A stretch of 64,000 bases of DNA from Naegleria gruberi. Its lineage: Eukaryota. The number at the start of each line of letters is the position of its first letter. Positions within the stretch are counted from its first letter, which is position 1. The notes under the pieces were generated by a model that ran no database searches, was not told the origin of the DNA, and saw only the letters and a program-made list of their open reading frames with translations. The stretch lies in the NCBI GenBank assembly GCA_000004985.1, contig GG738871.1. The stretch is one strand, 5' to 3'. Below are positions 55,979-64,000 of the stretch, in pieces. The translations under genes were made by a program, and so were the position numbers.

Positions 55979-56527
55979 TTAAACTCTTTTTTGAGCAATA
56001 TAATAATAACATGTACCTAATTGAAAAACTTCCTTCTTTACAACGTTTAAACCAGAATCTTGAACAATTTTTTCAATATCTCTATTCCACCAACATCCCC
56101 ATTTCTTAGCTCTATCAACACTCCATGCATCTAAATAGTTTGTTATCCATTGATATTTACTTGATTTCTATATTTATAATTAAAAAATTAAATAAAAATT
56201 AAAATTAAAATTAAAACAAAATTAATAAAAAAATTAAATAAAAAAATTAAATTAAATTAAATTAAATTAGTAAATATTAAAAATTATAACATACACCATG
56301 TTCTAATAATAAAATTTTACCACCTGGTTTAGTAACTCTATTAATTTCTTGTAAAGCCTTAACAGGATCTTCAAAAGAACATAAACCATAACCATATTAT
56401 CCCAATCACACAACAATTATAACATATATTTAAACTACTCTTATATAAATTGATAGAATAAAAACATACACTCCCATACCAAAAACACCCAATCCAAGAA
56501 AACCAAGTGAAAACTTTTTAAACATTT
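55979..56527 (-). pseudogene. Methyltransferase (METTL7/type-11-like) gene remnant: N-terminal TM exon + C-terminal half of MTase fold only, with an in-frame TAA at the exon edge
   Basis: Minus strand reads MFKKFSLGFLGLGVFGMG (56527-~56472). A segment (TAA)YGYGLCSFEDPVKALQEINRVTKPGGKILLLEHG follows (MTase post-II motif, VLKPGG..L.LE). Its coding frame is preceded immediately by a TAA stop, and no AG acceptor is available. After a ~130-nt AT-minisatellite intron comes KSSKYQWITNYLDAWSVDRAKKWGCWWNRDIEKIVQDSGLNVVKKEVFQLGTCYYYIAQKRV*. The SAM-binding motif I region is absent. Confidence 0.35.
56165..56290. repeat. AT-only minisatellite (AAATT/AAATTAAA-type units)
   Basis: Sequence aaaaattaaataaaaattaaaattaaaattaaaacaaaattaataaaaaaattaaataaaaaaattaaattaaattaaattaaattag. 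It lies inside the putative intron of the MTase-like remnant. Confidence 0.8.
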
Positions 56528-56543
56528 TTATTTAACATTGAAA

Positions 56544-58658
56544 TTAATAAGTGTTGGGAGAAATTGGTGGCGAAATTAAACTTGCTGATGTGGTTGGAGA
56601 TGGAAAATCATTTACTCCACCACTGTGTGCTCTAGGTGATGATTGTTCATTCAATTCTTCTTCGGATAATTCTGTCGTTTTCCTTGTAAGTTTTTCTTTT
56701 AAGGATTTTAATTGTAATTCCTTATCATAATTTGACATTGTTGATGAATTTAATTCATTCAGATCATCTTCATCGCTTCTTCTATCATCTTCATCATCTT
56801 CATCTGGATTGGATACATCATCTTCATCATACTCAATATTTGAAGAAGGTTCAGGAAGATCAATTGGTTCATCATCTTCGTCATCTTGATGTAAAAAATC
56901 ATCGTCCAATTCGTATCCATCTCCCATTGAGTATGAATCTTCTAAGGAATGATCAATTTCAGCATCAAAAGATTGAATTGATTTTTCTTGTTGTGATCTT
57001 CTAAATTGTTCTCTCAATTCATCTTCAAAACTTAATGGATTATCCAAATAATTTGAAGTATTCTTTTTCTTTTGAGAATTTTCAATCTTGTCATAAATTT
57101 CTTGTAATCTTTGTTCTATTGATTCTTCTTGATTTTTTTCATTGTTATCTTTTTTCAATTGATTTTCAAATTGTTTGCTATGTGTTAAATTTTCTAACAA
57201 ATCTTCAAGTGATAAATCTGTTAATTCTTGAGCTAAGCTTCCATTTGTATTGGTATTCTTATTTGGTTTTTTTGTTGAATCAGTTGAAAAATCACTCCTA
57301 TTCATGAATGAATTATCTCCAACTGATAATAACGATGAGGAGGTATTGAGAAAACTTGACATTAAACCATTTTCATCATTATAATTATCATCAAGTAAAT
57401 GCCTAATCTGTCTTTCATTTCTTCTTTGTTTCTTTGAATCTAACATTTCTGATTCAGTAACTAAATCAAAATAAGTTGGATCTGTTCTTCTTGTAATACC
57501 AGGTGGTGCATTAACTTCATCTCTGAGTTTTTTATCTGCTGAAACTCTAAAATTACTTGTTTCTCTTAAAACTATATATGGATGAAGATCCTTATTTCTA
57601 ACTCTATTATATGAAGGTACATCTTCTGCTAGTATTGTATAAAAATAGTATTGGTCATTTGAATTCTTTGATTCTCTAAACGCCTTATAATTAACAAGTA
57701 TTAAAATTAAATATTCATATAATTCTACTTTAGGTTCTTCTGCAAATAGATATGTCTTTTTAACAAAATCATTAGGTTTCTTATTCTTCTTCTTATTTTC
57801 TTCACATTCTTTCGTCTTTTTTGATATTAATTTTAATAATTCTCTTTTACAATTTTCAATTAATTGTCTTGGTTGATCTTTTAAAGATTTCTTAGTCAAG
57901 AAAGGAATTCTTGAAATTGGAACATAGTGAGGAACAACACCTAGTTTAACCTTCTTCTTTCTATTAACATATGGTATCTTATTACCTTCAACACATTCAT
58001 TAATAACTTGAGATCTACAATATAAAAAGAACATTAAATCCACTGCAGAATAATAAGGTGTTAAAAAAAGTCCAAATAATTCTAATTGTTTGCTAACATC
58101 CCTATAATATTTTACACATTCTAAAAGTTCTGATGTTGTTTGTTTAACTAAACTTTCCAATCCTAATCTTTTGCTTAAATGATTAAACACAAATGATGAA
58201 AATGTTTCCAGAGAACCATCTGGTGATACAATTTCTGCTAAAAAACATTGATATCTACTGTTATAAATATCATCAAGTAAACGTAATGCCCAATCTAAGG
58301 TTCTTACTGGCTTCTTTTCAATATTAGCAATATTACTATTAGATATGTTTGATATTCTTGAAGTATTCATTGATGAAGAAGAAGGAGTTTGTGGTTGGTC
58401 TGCTTTGTAAACAACTCTAACTTTTCGTTCCCCATCTTTTGAGAATGATAAATGATCATCAGGAACGGAACTTAATAAATTTAAAATTACCTCCTTTTCA
58501 CTTTCACTTAATGCACTAAAACTCATTGAAAGAGAAGAGAGAGGCTGAGGTTGTTGTTGCTGTTGAGGTTTTTCAATGGATGAAGGAGAACCATAGCCTT
58601 TTATATTGTCCAATTCATAACGGCTTGATGATCTTGGAGTTTCAGTTCTCTTGCTCAT
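56544..58658 (-). CDS. Hypothetical protein (~700 aa) with acidic Asp/Glu-rich C-terminal region
   Basis: Long minus-strand ORF. The ATG was chosen at 58658 (MSKRTETPRSSSRYELDNIKGYGSP...). The conserved-looking central region is ...RYQCFLAEIVSPDGSLETFSSFVFNHLSKRLGLESLVKQTTSELLECVKYYRDVSKQLELFGLFLTPYYSAVDLMFFLY.... The C-terminus carries DDEDDEPIDLPEP...DEDDEDDRRSDEDD. No family assigned. Confidence 0.5.
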   Translation of the reverse strand: MSKRTETPRSSSRYELDNIKGYGSPSSIEKPQQQQQPQPLSSLSMSFSALSESEKEVILNLLSSVPDDHLSFSKDGERKVRVVYKADQPQTPSSSSMNTSRISNISNSNIANIEKKPVRTLDWALRLLDDIYNSRYQCFLAEIVSPDGSLETFSSFVFNHLSKRLGLESLVKQTTSELLECVKYYRDVSKQLELFGLFLTPYYSAVDLMFFLYCRSQVINECVEGNKIPYVNRKKKVKLGVVPHYVPISRIPFLTKKSLKDQPRQLIENCKRELLKLISKKTKECEENKKKNKKPNDFVKKTYLFAEEPKVELYEYLILILVNYKAFRESKNSNDQYYFYTILAEDVPSYNRVRNKDLHPYIVLRETSNFRVSADKKLRDEVNAPPGITRRTDPTYFDLVTESEMLDSKKQRRNERQIRHLLDDNYNDENGLMSSFLNTSSSLLSVGDNSFMNRSDFSTDSTKKPNKNTNTNGSLAQELTDLSLEDLLENLTHSKQFENQLKKDNNEKNQEESIEQRLQEIYDKIENSQKKKNTSNYLDNPLSFEDELREQFRRSQQEKSIQSFDAEIDHSLEDSYSMGDGYELDDDFLHQDDEDDEPIDLPEPSSNIEYDEDDVSNPDEDDEDDRRSDEDDLNELNSSTMSNYDKELQLKSLKEKLTRKTTELSEEELNEQSSPRAHSGGVNDFPSPTTSASLISPPISPNTY

Positions 58659-59174
58659 TGTCCGTGTGTTTTCTACTAGAGTACAATTTTTCAAATATGA
58701 TGATGTAATATGCTGCTTATTGTTTTTAAAATGACAATATAGTTATGTGTGGTCCTAGAGTTGCAAACCTGTAATCGGGCCGTAGTTAGCAGCAAAGATT
58801 CACAAGTTGCGATTGTTGGGATGGTTGTGTGTCTTTTTTTTAATAACATAACGCTGCAATATTAAGGAAATTCAAGAGATGGAAAAATAGAGGAACAATT
58901 AAAAGGCTCATTGGTATACAATAAAATGTTTTATGAGGTTGCATAATTCAATTTTGTAGTTGTAAAAAAGTCTAGCTTACTCCATTCAAGATTCTCATCA
59001 ACATCATTACCACAACCACAATATCAAAGCCTTCAATTTTCATCACATAAAAAAAATCAACAACACTAACAATACTACCCTTGCTATTAATAAATATCTA
59101 GTCTAGTGTGAGTGAACATCCCAGTCTACTAACTAATCAATAACTCTAATCAACTAATCATCGTCATCATCATC

Positions 59175-59831
59175 ATGTCATCAACACCAGGTACTAAAAA
59201 AATCTATAGAGAAAATGATGAAGTGACTCAACTTGTACACCAAACCATACGAAATCATCAAAATTTTCTAAATACAAAATATGATACAGCTAACAAGGAT
59301 CATGAAAATTTACTACGAAGTATATTTAAAATAATATTTGCAACTAATTTAGCAAATGATGAAGTATTAAATCATGGACTTTGGACCAAAATAGGATTTC
59401 AAAATAAAGATCCAACATCAGATTTAAGATCACTTGGATTATTAGGATTATCAACAATGGAATATCAATGTAAATATCAAACAAGTATGGTAAAGAATGA
59501 ATTTATGAATAGAGAATATCCATATGCTTGTTGTATATTTGCAATTGTTAATTTTATGGTAAAGGAAATGAATATGAGAAATATAACATCAACTCCTATT
59601 GAAACTCCTATTATTTTATTAATGAAAAAGGAATTGTTTTTTAATTCAACAGTTATTAAACAAATGGATTTATTTGAAAGATTATTTTGTATATTATTCG
59701 AATATTTTGATAAATTATGGACAAAACACAAGGCTTCTTATATGGACTTTGCTATTATTTATGATTTATTTGTAAAGAATGTTACTAGTATTTTTAAAAA
59801 GGAACCTGGAAATTATAGGTATGTTTTTTAA
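59175..59831 (+). CDS. ELMO (CED-12) domain-containing protein, ELMOD-like
   Basis: ...NHGLWTKIGFQNKDPTSDLRSLGLLGLSTMEY... matches the ELMO-domain core (W..IGFQ..DP.TDFRG.G.LGL..L.YF). ATG at 59175. Confidence 0.7.
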   Translation: MSSTPGTKKIYRENDEVTQLVHQTIRNHQNFLNTKYDTANKDHENLLRSIFKIIFATNLANDEVLNHGLWTKIGFQNKDPTSDLRSLGLLGLSTMEYQCKYQTSMVKNEFMNREYPYACCIFAIVNFMVKEMNMRNITSTPIETPIILLMKKELFFNSTVIKQMDLFERLFCILFEYFDKLWTKHKASYMDFAIIYDLFVKNVTSIFKKEPGNYRYVF

Positions 59832-59977
59832 TAATTGATCAATTTTAGATGGAATTGGAATTTATAATCTTTTTTATTGATTGTATTCTTTTGATGGATT
59901 TGATAAATATATAATTATATATTATTGAAATATTTAATTGAAAAGTGTTTTTAAATTTTTATTACTGGAATGGTAAT

Positions 59978-62900
59978 TTAAAAATCAAATAAATCATTAT
60001 GGAAATCACCCTTCTTTTTCTTTGTTGTTGCAGGTGATGACTTGTTTTCATCAGAGGCAGCAGATGCATCAAATAATGATGATGATTTAGTAGTGGTGGT
60101 AGTCTTTTTCTTTGAAGAGGATGATGACATATCATCATCAAATAAACCACTACTTGTTGATTTACCATTTACAATTTCATCAATAACATTACCCTTCTTT
60201 GTTGGTTTTGGTTGAGAAGTTGTCTTTTCCTTAATTGGACCTCCAAGAATATCATCAACAAATGAGTCAATATCATTCTTTTGTTTCTTAACAACTTCTG
60301 GTTTTTTCTTTTTAGGTGGTGCACTTGTACCTGATAACATGGCATCAAGTGGATCATCTCCAAATAATGATGAAGATGATTTCTTCTTTTCAGTTGTTGG
60401 AGTTGATTGAGTTGTTGGAGTGGAAGTAGGAGTTACATTGCTTGTAGTGGTAGTGGTGGTAGTGGAGGTGGTAGAAAGAGTTGGAGTATTATTATTAACA
60501 GGAGTGGTAGTAGTGAGTGGTGAAGCAATTTCTTTCTTTTCAGCTGCTACTGGAGTAGTAGTAGTAGAAGTTGGAGTTGATTGAGTGGATGATGATTTCT
60601 TAGTATTACCTGAGGTCAATAAAGGATCATCAATTTCACCACCAAATAATTTAGTTGATTCAATCTTCTTTTCTCTATCAGCCATACGTTTACTCTTCTT
60701 ATCATCATTATTACTTGATTTAATGAAATTGAAATCATCGTCATCATCTCCAAATAATGAGCTAGTCTTTTTAGCTGGTTTTTTAACTTCTTTTGGTTGT
60801 TCAGCAGCAACAAGTGGTGTTACAATTGGTTCTTCCTTCTTAATTGGTTCTTCTTTAGTAATAATTGGTTCAACTACTGGTTTTGGAGTTTCTTCAACAG
60901 CTGGTTTTGGAGTTTCCTTCTTTACAATTGGTTTAAAATCATCACTTTCATCATTACCAAACAATGAACTAGTCTTTTTAACTGGTTTAGGTTCTTCAAC
61001 TTGTTTAGTTTCCTCAACTTTAGGAGTGGATGGTTTAACAATTGGTTTAAAATCATCACTTTCATCATTACCAAATAATGAACTAGTCTTTTTAACTGTT
61101 TTTGGTTCTTCCTTCTTAATTGGTTCTTCAGCAACAACTGCTGGTTTTGGAGTTTCCTTCTTTACAATAGGTTTAAATGTAAAATCATCATCAAATAAAG
61201 TTGATTTCTTTGTTTCCTTTTCAATAACAGCACTAATAGGTTCTTCCTTCTTAACTTGTTTTGGTTGTTCAAGAACTGGAGTAGTAGTAGAACTAGTTGA
61301 AGATGATTTAGTAGTAGTAGAACTAGTACTAGTATTACCATTAGAATTAGCACCACCTCTATTCTTTGATCTTTTTGGTCTACCAAGTGAAGCATGTTCT
61401 AATTTAACACCACTACTACCATCACGTGCATAATTAGCTTTAGTTGATTCAGTTGGAAGTGAAATTACTTCACTTGTTTCTTCCATTGTTGTTGATACTA
61501 CTGCTGGTTTAGGTTGAATAATTGGAATAATTGATTTTGGTTCTTCCTTCTTAATTGGTTCTTCAACTGTTGTTGGTTTTGGAGTTTCCTTCTTTACAAT
61601 TGGTTTAAATGTAAAATCATCATCTTCATCATCAAATAGAGATGATTTCTTTGTTACAATTGGTGATTGTTTAGGTGGAACAATAACTTCCTTCTTTGAT
61701 GGTTTGAATGAGAATTCATCTTGTTCTCCATCATTTTCATCATCAAACAATGATGATTTCTTTGTTGTAGCAGAAGCAGAAGTGGTAGTAGTAGTATTTG
61801 CAGCTGGTTTTGGTTGAATTGGTTCTTGTCTTGTAAATGTTAAATCACTTGTTGATTCTTCTTCAGCTGGTTGTTGTTTAACTTCAGGTTCTGTATTTGT
61901 TAATTTTCTAGTTGAAACATAAGATCCACTTAAATTAGCTTGTAAACCTTTCATAATTGAAGATCCAAGTTTAGATCTAATATCAGATGGTTTATCATCT
62001 GCATCTGCATCACTCTTAATTGGAATTGAATTTGTTGTTGTAGTTGGTTCAACAACTTTCTTTTCTTCAACAATTGGTTCAACAATTTTCTTAATTGGTT
62101 CTTCCTTCTTAACAATTGGTGATTCTTCCTTTTTAATAACTGGTTTGAATGCAAAATCTTCACCATCATCTTCAAATAGAGATGATTTCATTGAAACACT
62201 AGCTCTATTACCAGCAGTAGTAGTAGGTGTAGTTGTAGTCTTTGGTTTGAATGAGAATTCTTCTTCTTCATCATCAAATAGAGATGATTTCATAGCAACA
62301 CTAGCTCTATTACCAGCAGTAGATGAACTATTAGTGGTAGTAGTAGGAGTGTTGGTAGTGTTGGTAGTAGTGGATGGTGTTGTAGATGGTTTAGCAAATA
62401 AACTTTCCTCTTCTTCATCACCAAATAATGTTGAATTCATTGAAATCTTTGGAGCATTTGATTTCTTTGTTGTAACATTCTTACTTGTTGGTATAATACT
62501 AAAATCTTCATCATCATCAAATAATCCACTAGCAACTTTACTAGTTTCTTTTGGTTGTTGACTGCTAACAATAGTATTAACAATTGATGGTTGATTAGTT
62601 GGTTGTTTAGTTGTAATATTACCACCACCAAATAAACCACCTTCTTCTTCCTCTTCTTCATCAAAGAATGATTTCTTTGTTGCTTTAGGAATATTACTTG
62701 TAGCAGTATTATTATTTGCAGTAGTATTACTATTAGTATTGGTATTAGTATTATTAGAAGATGTAGTTAAACCAAAACCACCAAAACCAATATCCAAATC
62801 CTTTTCTAATTGATTCAAATCAAATTCATCAGAATTTCTTCTCTTATTATTAGTATTAGTATTTGATGAAAATCCAAATAAACCACTTCCAAATAATCCA

Positions 62901-64000
62901 TCATCTTCATTATTACCAAATATATTATCAAGTGATTGTGTATGATTATCATTACCACTAATATTAGCATTATTAGCACCAACACCATTATTATTATTAT
63001 CATTTGTTGTTGTTGTGGCTGCTGCTGTTGGATTATTTCTCTTCATTAATGCATTAGCCAATTGTGCACGAATATCACCACCACTACCATCATTATCATT
63101 TGATTGTTGTGATTGTTGTTGTGGTCTTTCAGTAGATCCAAAGAAATTATTAACATCTTGATCTTCATCGAATAAATTAACTTGATTATTAAATGTTTCA
63201 CCTCCTCCCAATGTAAATTCTTCATCATTAAATGATCCTAATTTAGGTTTTAATGAAGCATCAGGTGGTGGAGGTGGAATTGAAAATCCATTCATTCCAT
63301 TCATTGATGGTGGTGGAGGTGGAATGGAACCATTCATCATTGGTGGAGGTGGTGGAATTGAACCATTCATCATTGAAGGTGGTGGAGGTGGAATTGATCC
63401 ATTCATCATTGGTGGAGGTGGTACACCATTCATTGAATCAAATGTATTCATATTCATATTATTCATATTACTATTCAAATTACTATCAATGGTAGAACCA
63501 ACAAGTGTTGCATTATGATTTTCATGATGTGTCATTAATTTTAATTGTTCTTCTTCTTCATTTGGTATAATACCACATAAATCTGAATTATAAAATCTTG
63601 AAGAACCAATAATAAAAGGTAAAGTTCTCTTTTTCATAATCATTGGATCAATTTGTTGAACATAATCAACATTAGCAATTGTATTTTTCATAAATTCTTC
63701 TGCTTGTCTATTATGTTCTAATTCTTCTGCATCCATTGGTAATTCATCAATATCATCAATCATTTGAGAATCAACAAGATTCATATTTGTAAAATCATCA
63801 TTACCTTCTTCTAATGGTATTGTACATGAATCTAATACTGCATTTAATCCATATTTAATAGCTGTTGTAAAACGTTGTTGTTTTTCTTCAGGTGTTAATT
63901 CTTTAATTAAATCAATATTTGAATTATTATCATTTATATTATTAGAATTATTCATATTATTATTAGAATTCATATTAGAATTCATATTAATATTATTTGA
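59978..64000 (-). CDS. Very large low-complexity protein (partial; continues past window end) with poly-Pro (MNGSIPPPPP)n repeats, GLFG motifs and at least 15 acidic S-S-L-F-[DG]-D-[DE]...F-x-F-K-P repeats
   Basis: The minus-strand ORF (1335+ aa) ends ...GDFHNDLFDF*. The N-terminal part (near 63500-64000) is ordered: ...TTAIKYGLNAVLDSCTIPLEEGNDDFTNM.... Then come MNGSIPPPPPS x4-5, SGLFGFSS/GGLFGGG, and many repeats such as KKSSLFDDEDDDFTFKPIVKKETPKP, SSLFGNDESDDFKPIVK and SSLFDDEEEEFSFKP. The underlying DNA at 60580-62700 is internally repetitive. Confidence 0.7.
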   Translation of the reverse strand, partial: SNNINMNSNMNSNNNMNNSNNINDNNSNIDLIKELTPEEKQQRFTTAIKYGLNAVLDSCTIPLEEGNDDFTNMNLVDSQMIDDIDELPMDAEELEHNRQAEEFMKNTIANVDYVQQIDPMIMKKRTLPFIIGSSRFYNSDLCGIIPNEEEEQLKLMTHHENHNATLVGSTIDSNLNSNMNNMNMNTFDSMNGVPPPPMMNGSIPPPPPSMMNGSIPPPPPMMNGSIPPPPPSMNGMNGFSIPPPPPDASLKPKLGSFNDEEFTLGGGETFNNQVNLFDEDQDVNNFFGSTERPQQQSQQSNDNDGSGGDIRAQLANALMKRNNPTAAATTTTNDNNNNGVGANNANISGNDNHTQSLDNIFGNNEDDGLFGSGLFGFSSNTNTNNKRRNSDEFDLNQLEKDLDIGFGGFGLTTSSNNTNTNTNSNTTANNNTATSNIPKATKKSFFDEEEEEEGGLFGGGNITTKQPTNQPSIVNTIVSSQQPKETSKVASGLFDDDEDFSIIPTSKNVTTKKSNAPKISMNSTLFGDEEEESLFAKPSTTPSTTTNTTNTPTTTTNSSSTAGNRASVAMKSSLFDDEEEEFSFKPKTTTTPTTTAGNRASVSMKSSLFEDDGEDFAFKPVIKKEESPIVKKEEPIKKIVEPIVEEKKVVEPTTTTNSIPIKSDADADDKPSDIRSKLGSSIMKGLQANLSGSYVSTRKLTNTEPEVKQQPAEEESTSDLTFTRQEPIQPKPAANTTTTTSASATTKKSSLFDDENDGEQDEFSFKPSKKEVIVPPKQSPIVTKKSSLFDDEDDDFTFKPIVKKETPKPTTVEEPIKKEEPKSIIPIIQPKPAVVSTTMEETSEVISLPTESTKANYARDGSSGVKLEHASLGRPKRSKNRGGANSNGNTSTSSTTTKSSSTSSTTTPVLEQPKQVKKEEPISAVIEKETKKSTLFDDDFTFKPIVKKETPKPAVVAEEPIKKEEPKTVKKTSSLFGNDESDDFKPIVKPSTPKVEETKQVEEPKPVKKTSSLFGNDESDDFKPIVKKETPKPAVEETPKPVVEPIITKEEPIKKEEPIVTPLVAAEQPKEVKKPAKKTSSLFGDDDDDFNFIKSSNNDDKKSKRMADREKKIESTKLFGGEIDDPLLTSGNTKKSSSTQSTPTSTTTTPVAAEKKEIASPLTTTTPVNNNTPTLSTTSTTTTTTTSNVTPTSTPTTQSTPTTEKKKSSSSLFGDDPLDAMLSGTSAPPKKKKPEVVKKQKNDIDSFVDDILGGPIKEKTTSQPKPTKKGNVIDEIVNGKSTSSGLFDDDMSSSSSKKKTTTTTKSSSLFDASAASDENKSSPATTKKKKGDFHNDLFDF
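63270..63445. repeat. ~39-bp tandem coding repeat (4-5 units) encoding MNGSIPPPPP(S) on the minus strand
   Basis: ggtggtggaggtggaat(t/g)ga(a/t)ccattcatcatt... is reiterated head-to-tail with point differences. It lies within the large repeat-protein gene. Confidence 0.8.

Noticed and set aside
59815-59900. Possible 3' intron in the ELMO gene (AG|GTATGT...aattttag)
   Set aside because: Splicing would only swap the last 3 residues (YVF* to RWNWNL*). There is no homology support either way, so I kept the unspliced model.

Overview
This window reads as eukaryotic nuclear DNA, not prokaryotic. It is strongly A+T-rich, with very AT-rich intergenic and intronic spacers. Coding regions carry poly-Asn/Gln/Ser/Thr tracts and an AAT/AAA/GAA/TTA/GGT/CCA-biased codon usage typical of dictyostelid social amoebae; the species was not identified. 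I recognise about 37 protein-coding genes on both strands. They are packed very tightly: some same-strand stop-to-start gaps are 4-50 bp and convergent stops lie about 12 bp apart. The introns I could place are mostly 36-100 nt (most 36-70), with GTAAGT/GTATGT-type donors and AG acceptors. The supplied ORF track uses alternative start codons, so several of its 'M' starts are TTG/GTG; I re-derived ATG starts and splice junctions by eye from homology and frame continuity. Recognisable products include a cyclophilin with an adjacent decayed cyclophilin copy, a ZNF598/Hel2-like RING E3, a CS+Sel1 protein, two divergently transcribed paralogous 2-TM sensor-like proteins with RGS-like C-termini, an EF-hand protein, a bacterial-type CoA-disulfide-reductase/rhodanese fusion, a RING-H2 E3, Vps45, an SMP-domain protein, ribosomal protein S15, a Cir_N protein, an ELO elongase, AP-4 epsilon, RBBP4/RbAp48, CWC27, an ABC1/ADCK kinase, a tandem-domain GPI-anchored Cu/Zn SOD, a 1256-aa double-FtsX-permease protein, an SDR, a BRCTx3+HMG protein, glutamyl-tRNA synthetase, a MORN protein with a PD-(D/E)xK-like C-terminus, a WD40+coiled-coil protein, an ELMO protein, and a giant acidic-repeat/poly-Pro/GLFG protein running off the window end. 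The most striking non-coding signal is a recurring GC-only palindrome, TTTGGCGCCAAA and variants such as GGCGGC, at least 11 times in otherwise AT-rich upstream spacers. It usually sits 15-140 bp upstream of an ATG, including the centre of a 70-bp bidirectional promoter. Three essential-looking genes show apparent 1-nt frameshifts in A-rich runs, which suggests assembly indels. No tRNA, rRNA, CRISPR or obvious transposon was found. One GC-elevated structured intergenic segment is a candidate snRNA.
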